Part shown: in pieces, positions 58,375-64,000 of the stretch
Numbering within the stretch: the stretch's first letter is position 1
How the letters are laid out: each line of letters starts with the position of its first letter
Assembly (NCBI GenBank): GCA_964652975.1
Contig: CAZZCN010000001.1
Coordinates: 27,191-91,190 of the forward strand
DNA from: an uncultured Oscillospiraceae bacterium
Lineage (GTDB): Bacteria; Bacillota; Clostridia; Saccharofermentanales; UBA5734
DNA length: 64,000 bases
Reading direction: 5' to 3'
The notes under the pieces: generated by a model
The model's database searches: none
What the model was told of the DNA's origin: nothing
Seen by the model: the letters and a program-made list of their open reading frames with translations, nothing else
Position numbers and translations under genes: made by a program

Positions 58375-58440
58375 TTTGAACCCTCCTTCTGCTAACTTTT
58401 TTGCATTATTTATATTTCTATTTCGATTGAATCCAACCTT

Positions 58441-61400
58441 TTAATTCATAACTCCTTTTATATCAATTGCATCAATGTATGTATTTGTGTTTTCAAGCAA
58501 TGTGATCGTGACCGAGTGTGAGGTGTTCGAAAGTACAGGGCTTGTAAACACATCAGCCATGTATGCGCTGTTATGAGCTGTTGTGTATAGGTTTACAGTA
58601 TATTTTGTTCCATCAATATTCACTTCAATTGTACCTTGTGATGGCGAACGGTATCCAATAATACGGAATGCCGTACCGGTAAAGCTGAATTGTGCGGTTG
58701 ATCCTTTAACATACGATTTCCTCGCCCTGTTGAGAGTAAATACATTCGATAGAGCTGTCGCCTGTGTTATCCAATTTCCCTGATATGTTATTTTCGAATT
58801 GTTCTGTTCATAGCGTGTGCTGCCTGTCATGTCGGCCGGAGTGAATCCTGCCTGATTTTTGAGCCTTATATTGAGTTCGTCAATAATTATTCTTCCGGAA
58901 TAGTTACTGTCGACCTCATGTATGCCAAAATCCATAAGCAGCGTGTTGCTGGTTGGTGTAATTTCAAAAGAATAATCCTTGATGATACTGTCTGCAACAT
59001 TTTCAAGATTAGCTGAGAAAGGCCATACGTTGGAATCCTTTTCTTTCATATCGATATAAAAACTTCCGCTTGCTTTCTCAAGAACCTTATACTTGAAGCT
59101 GATTACATATGTTGAACCGCTGAGGAATTGAGTCATAGTCGGCTGCGTTCGTGCATAGACAAAAAATCCTGTGTCGATATAATCAGCTGCTTCAATTGTG
59201 CCCAATAGCGAAGATTTACCTGATATGACTTCGCTTCCCTTGGTTGTCATCTTGCCCCATCTCCAGATAAAGGGGTCGATTATCGAGCCTGTAAACGACA
59301 TTGACTCAAAACCTTCTCTTGCAGGTATCGTGCCACTCGGAGCCGCGGGTGCTGCATTTCTTAGTGAAGTGTAGTTCGACCCTGTTATATAGTTCCCTGC
59401 GCCGTTATCAACAACGATAACATTGTCAATATAGTATTTTCCATCATTATGCATTCCAAATGTCAGATTTTGGACAGAAGAACCTGTAGATACGTTAAAA
59501 ACCTTGTTGTTTTCGGCTGCATCTTCTCTTTCATACCATTCAAACGCCCTGGCAGAACCATAATTGACGTACATATATGCACCTATTCCGGTGTTGTCCT
59601 GTGGAAGTGAATTGGTTCCGTTAGATCCGGAAGTGTAAGCGGTCATGGTTTTTGTCTTGAAAGAGATTGTATAATTCTTATTTGCGGCAAGAGAAATGCT
59701 GGCGCCACTCTGATCGCCGGTTGTTGCTGTATGAGATATCTCAATACGGCTGTTTGTTCTTACAGCGCCGTTAGAAGCGGTTCCTGATACGCTGAAGGCT
59801 CCAAGCGATGAATTGAAGTCATATTGTGTAGCTGAAACTGTTCTTATAGTACAGTCACTTGGTGTTATTGTTCCAAAATTTACAGACCCGATTTCTACTT
59901 TATAATTAGCATCATTTCCTGTTGTAAAAATAAAGCTCTTATATCCGGTCTGCTGTGATACATCCTGCCAGGAAGATGTAAACGCTGTGTTTCCACCGCT
60001 TTTGACTGCAAAATAGTATCCATTTGCATTATCCGCAATAAGGTCAAAGCTTGAAAGGGTTTTACCCGGGAGATATTTGAAGGATACCTGATATGATGTA
60101 TTGGCGGCTAGGGCTGTTTGAGAAAGTGCAGAATAAGTCAGCAGTGTCTCACCGTTAAGGGTTGCCGGTGTACTGTTCCCGATAATAACATTGCCTATTG
60201 AATAAATTTTTGATGTGCCTATCTCGCCTGCATTGCCAAGTCTCGTCTGAGGAACATGATTTGTGTTGTCCACTATGGCAACTGCAATCTTATATGTATT
60301 GCCTGTTACGTTAGAAGGGATGGCAAAATCTGTTATAAATTCAACCTGTTCACCGTTTAGTACCGAAGTGAAATCACTCTGTGCATTTACTGTAGATGCA
60401 ATGATATTATTGCTTATATCCATCAGATAAACGGCCAGTTTATGGTCGTACCAGAAACGTCCAACTCCGGAATTGCTGAATGCCGTACGCACTTTAAGCG
60501 TACTTCCCGCATTGATTCCACCGGAGTATTCGGCCTTGTCAACCGCCAATCGATATCCCATTTTTTGGTTCGTCCTGTCAACATATCCTGTCTGATTTGA
60601 AACAACCTTGACAGCTTCAATCGCTGTCCATCCTACAATTGTTGCATAATTTGGTCTCAGTTTGAAAATCATGTCATCTGTTGCCGTTGTCCAGTTTCTG
60701 TTCAAGGCGTTTGCATCAAGATTAGCTGCATTTTGCTGAATTTCTGCCATCAAAGGTAATTTTTTGCCTGATTTAACAAATTCTGCAAGTAACTTTTCAT
60801 CTGTTTTATAATAAGAAAATCCGTCACGTCTGAAACTCAGACTCGGCAGCTTCATGCCGTAATCAAATCCTGACCAGCTAAGATAATTGGCATAGTTTCT
60901 CTTAGCATCTGTTGATGAAGTGTCATATGCTCCCATATACTCGCCGGCACAGCTAAGAACCATTACCTTGCCTTTGGAAGCGAACGCGGTGACCCACTTT
61001 CCGATTATCGCGGTCAAATTGCTGATTCTCTGTGCGGAGCTGTCAAAAGCGACTCCCGAATGCCATTCACCCCATGGTCCGTACCCTCTGATCTCCACAA
61101 CCTCGACATTTTTGTTGTCGCCATATTTCGCGACAAGTTTGGCTAGAAAAGTGTCCAGTGCATTCTGATAGTCAACACCTCTGACATCAACCATCTTAAC
61201 GGTATTGACGGGCAGGTTGCCGAACTCGGCTGCAACGTCGGTTCTGGTCACATAACTTACATTCACCCAGTCAGGTACACCTTTATATGTATACGGCAAA
61301 AGAAGTGTGTCTGTGCATATTCTCAAGTTTATTTTTTTACCTTTGGCAACCCAGTAATCTATTGTGTTATCTATTGTTGAAAAATCATATTTGCCTTGTT

Positions 61401-61680
61401 TGGGCTCGATTAAAGCCCATGAAGTAGAAAGTCCTACAGTGCCTATCTCTGGAAAATTGCCGCTGTTGCCTAAATCCGGCTGTCCTGCAAAAGTGGGTTC
61501 CTCTAAAACTACAAGGCCCATTCCGTCATTCCCTAGATTGCCAGAAATTTTCTGTGGATAAACTGTAACCACATCGCGTTGAATGTCAACTGCCCAGACT
61601 GCAATCACTGCTGAAATAATAATTGATAAAGTCAAAACATAAGCAAGTACTTTAATTGGTTTTCTCATCATCATAATCAT
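58441..61680 (-). CDS. Secreted DUF4832-associated putative glycoside hydrolase with CBM-like modules (paralogue of 50160-53702, no anchor)
   Basis: Signal peptide; GMGLVVLEEPT, STSWALIEP..GKYDFS, IRGYGPWGEWHSG, FRRDG, MGYRL, FSNSGVG; C-terminal FSFTGT..IDG..HSVTIT beta-sandwich. Confidence 0.75.
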   Translation of the reverse strand: MIMMMRKPIKVLAYVLTLSIIISAVIAVWAVDIQRDVVTVYPQKISGNLGNDGMGLVVLEEPTFAGQPDLGNSGNFPEIGTVGLSTSWALIEPKQGKYDFSTIDNTIDYWVAKGKKINLRICTDTLLLPYTYKGVPDWVNVSYVTRTDVAAEFGNLPVNTVKMVDVRGVDYQNALDTFLAKLVAKYGDNKNVEVVEIRGYGPWGEWHSGVAFDSSAQRISNLTAIIGKWVTAFASKGKVMVLSCAGEYMGAYDTSSTDAKRNYANYLSWSGFDYGMKLPSLSFRRDGFSYYKTDEKLLAEFVKSGKKLPLMAEIQQNAANLDANALNRNWTTATDDMIFKLRPNYATIVGWTAIEAVKVVSNQTGYVDRTNQKMGYRLAVDKAEYSGGINAGSTLKVRTAFSNSGVGRFWYDHKLAVYLMDISNNIIASTVNAQSDFTSVLNGEQVEFITDFAIPSNVTGNTYKIAVAIVDNTNHVPQTRLGNAGEIGTSKIYSIGNVIIGNSTPATLNGETLLTYSALSQTALAANTSYQVSFKYLPGKTLSSFDLIADNANGYYFAVKSGGNTAFTSSWQDVSQQTGYKSFIFTTGNDANYKVEIGSVNFGTITPSDCTIRTVSATQYDFNSSLGAFSVSGTASNGAVRTNSRIEISHTATTGDQSGASISLAANKNYTISFKTKTMTAYTSGSNGTNSLPQDNTGIGAYMYVNYGSARAFEWYEREDAAENNKVFNVSTGSSVQNLTFGMHNDGKYYIDNVIVVDNGAGNYITGSNYTSLRNAAPAAPSGTIPAREGFESMSFTGSIIDPFIWRWGKMTTKGSEVISGKSSLLGTIEAADYIDTGFFVYARTQPTMTQFLSGSTYVISFKYKVLEKASGSFYIDMKEKDSNVWPFSANLENVADSIIKDYSFEITPTSNTLLMDFGIHEVDSNYSGRIIIDELNIRLKNQAGFTPADMTGSTRYEQNNSKITYQGNWITQATALSNVFTLNRARKSYVKGSTAQFSFTGTAFRIIGYRSPSQGTIEVNIDGTKYTVNLYTTAHNSAYMADVFTSPVLSNTSHSVTITLLENTNTYIDAIDIKGVMN

Positions 61681-61780
61681 TCCTTTCTAATTATACGTTT
61701 GCCGTATCACTACAAAAATCAATATTATATATATCCCTCTATTGTGTATTATGACAATAATTTATGGATATTATAATACA

Positions 61781-61892
61781 ATTATGTTGATGTTATTTGC
61801 ACTTATGTTGCATGCGGATTTTTTATATGATATTATGTTGATTGATATTGCACTTATGATGTATATTTATCACATATATGATATTATGATGT
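61781..61892. promoter_or_regulatory. Direct-repeat array, candidate AraC-family binding sites
   Basis: TTATG(T/A)TG at 61782, 61803, 61833, 61854 and 61884: 21-bp spaced pairs within a 51-bp period. Confidence 0.6.
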
Positions 61893-61934
61893 TAATTCAG
61901 TTATAATACTTGTAATTGGAAGGAAATAAATGAT

Positions 61935-62804
61935 ATGGATTACAAATATTCGCTTTATACCATGGATGTTAGACCAAGTGCGGAGTTGTCAGTCTATCAG
62001 TTCGGTTATGAGACTTGTCTCGAGGGACAAAGCTATGGTCCTACGATTCGCGATTATTATCTGATTCATTATATTGTAAGTGGCAAGGGCAGTTACACTG
62101 TAAATGACAAAACATATGAGCTTGCAGAAAATGATGGATTTCTGATCCCTCCGGGTGTAAAAACATTCTATTGCGCTGATACCAATGAGCCTTGGACATA
62201 TTACTGGGTTGGGTTTAATGGGACAGAGGCAAAAAGGATATTAAATCATGCGCATTTGAATGAACATAATGTAGTTTTCAACTATAAGATCGACAATAGA
62301 CTGATTGATATTCTGTATACCATCACACAGACTGTCAATGCCGCAGAGAATGTCGAGTATTCGTCGCTCGGGTATCTTTACCGGTTTCTAGCCATCCTTA
62401 TAGCCAAGCATAACCTTGAAGACGAGACCGGCAAAAAGTCATCTGAATCATATTCTTCAAGAGCCATCAGGTATATCGAAGAAAATTATACGAAAAATTT
62501 GAAGGTTTCAGATATTACCAAAATGCTAAAAATTGATCGAAGCCATCTTTTCAGAATTTTCAAAGAAGATCTTCAGATATCGCCTCAACAATATATTCTA
62601 AAGTTTAGATTGAACAAGGCCTGTACCTTGCTTCGTTCCAGCAATTTTTCGCTCGGAGAAATCTCCGAACTTCTGCAATTCTCAGACCCTATGTACTTTG
62701 CAAGAATATTCAAAAAGCACCTGAATATAAGTCCTTCCGCCTATAGAAAACACCCGTTTGAAAGTAATATGGACATCACAGGAAATATTCAGAAGGTAGA
62801 CTAG
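61935..62804 (+). CDS. AraC-family regulator (MsmR/RafR-like), divergent from locus 3
   Basis: YQFGYETC..SYGPTIRDYYLIHYIVSGKG, PWTYYWVGFNG, C-terminal HTH FSDPMYFARIFKK. Confidence 0.93.
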   Translation: MDYKYSLYTMDVRPSAELSVYQFGYETCLEGQSYGPTIRDYYLIHYIVSGKGSYTVNDKTYELAENDGFLIPPGVKTFYCADTNEPWTYYWVGFNGTEAKRILNHAHLNEHNVVFNYKIDNRLIDILYTITQTVNAAENVEYSSLGYLYRFLAILIAKHNLEDETGKKSSESYSSRAIRYIEENYTKNLKVSDITKMLKIDRSHLFRIFKEDLQISPQQYILKFRLNKACTLLRSSNFSLGEISELLQFSDPMYFARIFKKHLNISPSAYRKHPFESNMDITGNIQKVD

Positions 62805-62936
62805 ATGGATTAGTTAGATAAAATTAAATAGATTATATATCATACAAAGCTGTCATCGAGACTGGTAAAATTTTAAATAGTCTAGCATAAAACCATTAAT
62901 GAAGTACCTTATCAAATATTTATATAGCATTGATTC

Positions 62937-63617
62937 TTACGCCGCGTACTCACCGTCATATCCTACAAGAACTGCATCCTTGACACCGGCGATAGAAGAA
63001 ATTTCATTTACGAAAGCTGTATTATCGCCTTTGATTCTTACTTCAACGGTTAGCTCGATATTACGATTGGATACTGTCTTGGACTTGAGTGAATAGTGAA
63101 GCTTGTTCAGAATAACCTTGACCTTGTCGTTCGCCTCTTCTTCGTAGTGGACAACAAATATGTATACAGGGTCTTTCATCTTGAATTTAGTGAATACCAA
63201 TAGTATGATACCTACAAAAAGCGAACCTATTATCGCTATCGGATATGTGCCGGCACCAGTTGTAATTCCTGCTACTATAGCCCAGAACATAAACACTATG
63301 TCCAGCGGATCCTTTAGAGCAGTTCTGAATCTGACAATACTCAAAGCACCTACCATACCAAGTGACAGGACAACGTTGGTACTGATGGTCATGATAACAA
63401 TGGAAGTAAGAACGCACATCAATAAAAGTGAGAGGTTGAAACCGTAGTTGTATACCACTCCTTTAAAAGTTGTCTTATAAATATAAAAAATAAATAACGC
63501 GACTGCAAGTGCTATTAGCAGATTGAAAAAAACATCAAAACTCGAAATCTTCGAAAATGTCTCGAGCTTGCTTATACTTTTCTTTATAATATCTGTAAAA
63601 TTAAGGACACCATCCAT
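62937..63617 (-). CDS. DUF4956-family membrane protein
   Basis: NVVLSLGMVGALSIVRFRTALKDP signature; adjacent to a VTC gene. Confidence 0.9.
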   Translation of the reverse strand: MDGVLNFTDIIKKSISKLETFSKISSFDVFFNLLIALAVALFIFYIYKTTFKGVVYNYGFNLSLLLMCVLTSIVIMTISTNVVLSLGMVGALSIVRFRTALKDPLDIVFMFWAIVAGITTGAGTYPIAIIGSLFVGIILLVFTKFKMKDPVYIFVVHYEEEANDKVKVILNKLHYSLKSKTVSNRNIELTVEVRIKGDNTAFVNEISSIAGVKDAVLVGYDGEYAA

Positions 63618-63629
63618 ATTACATACCTC

Positions 63630-64000
63630 TTAATAAATATTGTTTTTCTTTACTCTGCACATTAAATATTTCGAAATGGCACATCTCTCATGAGATGAAA
63701 TGCTCAGAAGACCTCTGATAAATTGTGGAAGGAACTCATCGAACTTTACCTCGAGTATAATGGTCGGTTCGCCAAATATACCTACAGAGGACAAATCCTT
63801 ATTAAAAATGTCATTTGAATTATATCCCACGGATAATTCTTTGTCAAACGTGATGCGCACATCCCCCGGATTATATATATATGCTTCACGCCTATAATCT
63901 ACAATAACTTTAGGCCTCAGCATTCCGCCGATTACTCTTCGGTAAAATTCTTGTTTAAGCCCTGTTTCATTTGACAAAAAATCATAATCCCCGTCCATGA
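63630..64000 (-). CDS. VTC-domain (polyphosphate polymerase-like / CYTH) protein, 5' part outside the window
   Basis: VDYRREAY, VRITFD, ILEVKFDEFLP, ISKY. Confidence 0.87.
   Translation of the reverse strand, partial: MDGDYDFLSNETGLKQEFYRRVIGGMLRPKVIVDYRREAYIYNPGDVRITFDKELSVGYNSNDIFNKDLSSVGIFGEPTIILEVKFDEFLPQFIRGLLSISSHERCAISKYLMCRVKKNNIY

Noticed and set aside
1489-63897. Numerous 60-170-aa antisense or overlapping ORFs in the six-frame track
   Set aside because: Almost all lie within longer, motif-supported genes (shadows of Ser-rich or hydrophobic segments) or in low-complexity spacers, with no RBS or family motifs.
1-64000. tRNA, rRNA, IS transposase, integrase, prophage or defence genes
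   Set aside because: None recognised on either strand.

Overview
AT-rich Bacillota (Clostridia-like) chromosomal window made almost entirely of three carbohydrate-utilisation loci. Each is transcribed on the minus strand from a divergent regulator. Locus 1 (<1-18.2 kb, AraC) has an unusual 7-gene transporter block (961-aa solute-binding protein, two permease pairs, NHL/TPR/Yip1 protein, DUF5696-like protein), a dockerin protein and a sortase-anchored paralogue built from one repeated module, an SBP lipoprotein and a GxGYxYP-like lipoprotein cut by the window edge. Locus 2 (20.0-34.2 kb, ArsR-type HTH) has GH2, ABC, a URO-D-like protein, two GH93/BNR-like propellers and DUF4082-like modules. 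It is bracketed by two group IIC intron 5' relics that sit behind terminators. Locus 3 (41.8-61.7 kb, AraC) has two DUF4832-type hydrolases, CBM-like repeat proteins, ABC, nucleoside hydrolase, Gfo/Idh/MocA oxidoreductase, GH4 and ribokinase. xylAB, a VanY-type carboxypeptidase and corA lie between loci 2 and 3, and DUF4956/VTC genes are at the right edge. Main observation: all three loci share one design built from three unrelated module families. Each encodes its extracellular modules once on a dockerin-tagged protein and again on cell-anchored paralogues, with an inverted repeat between the two sets and tandem in-frame start sites on the dockerin genes. No cohesin is visible. All family calls are by motif recognition and alignments are by eye; no searches were run.
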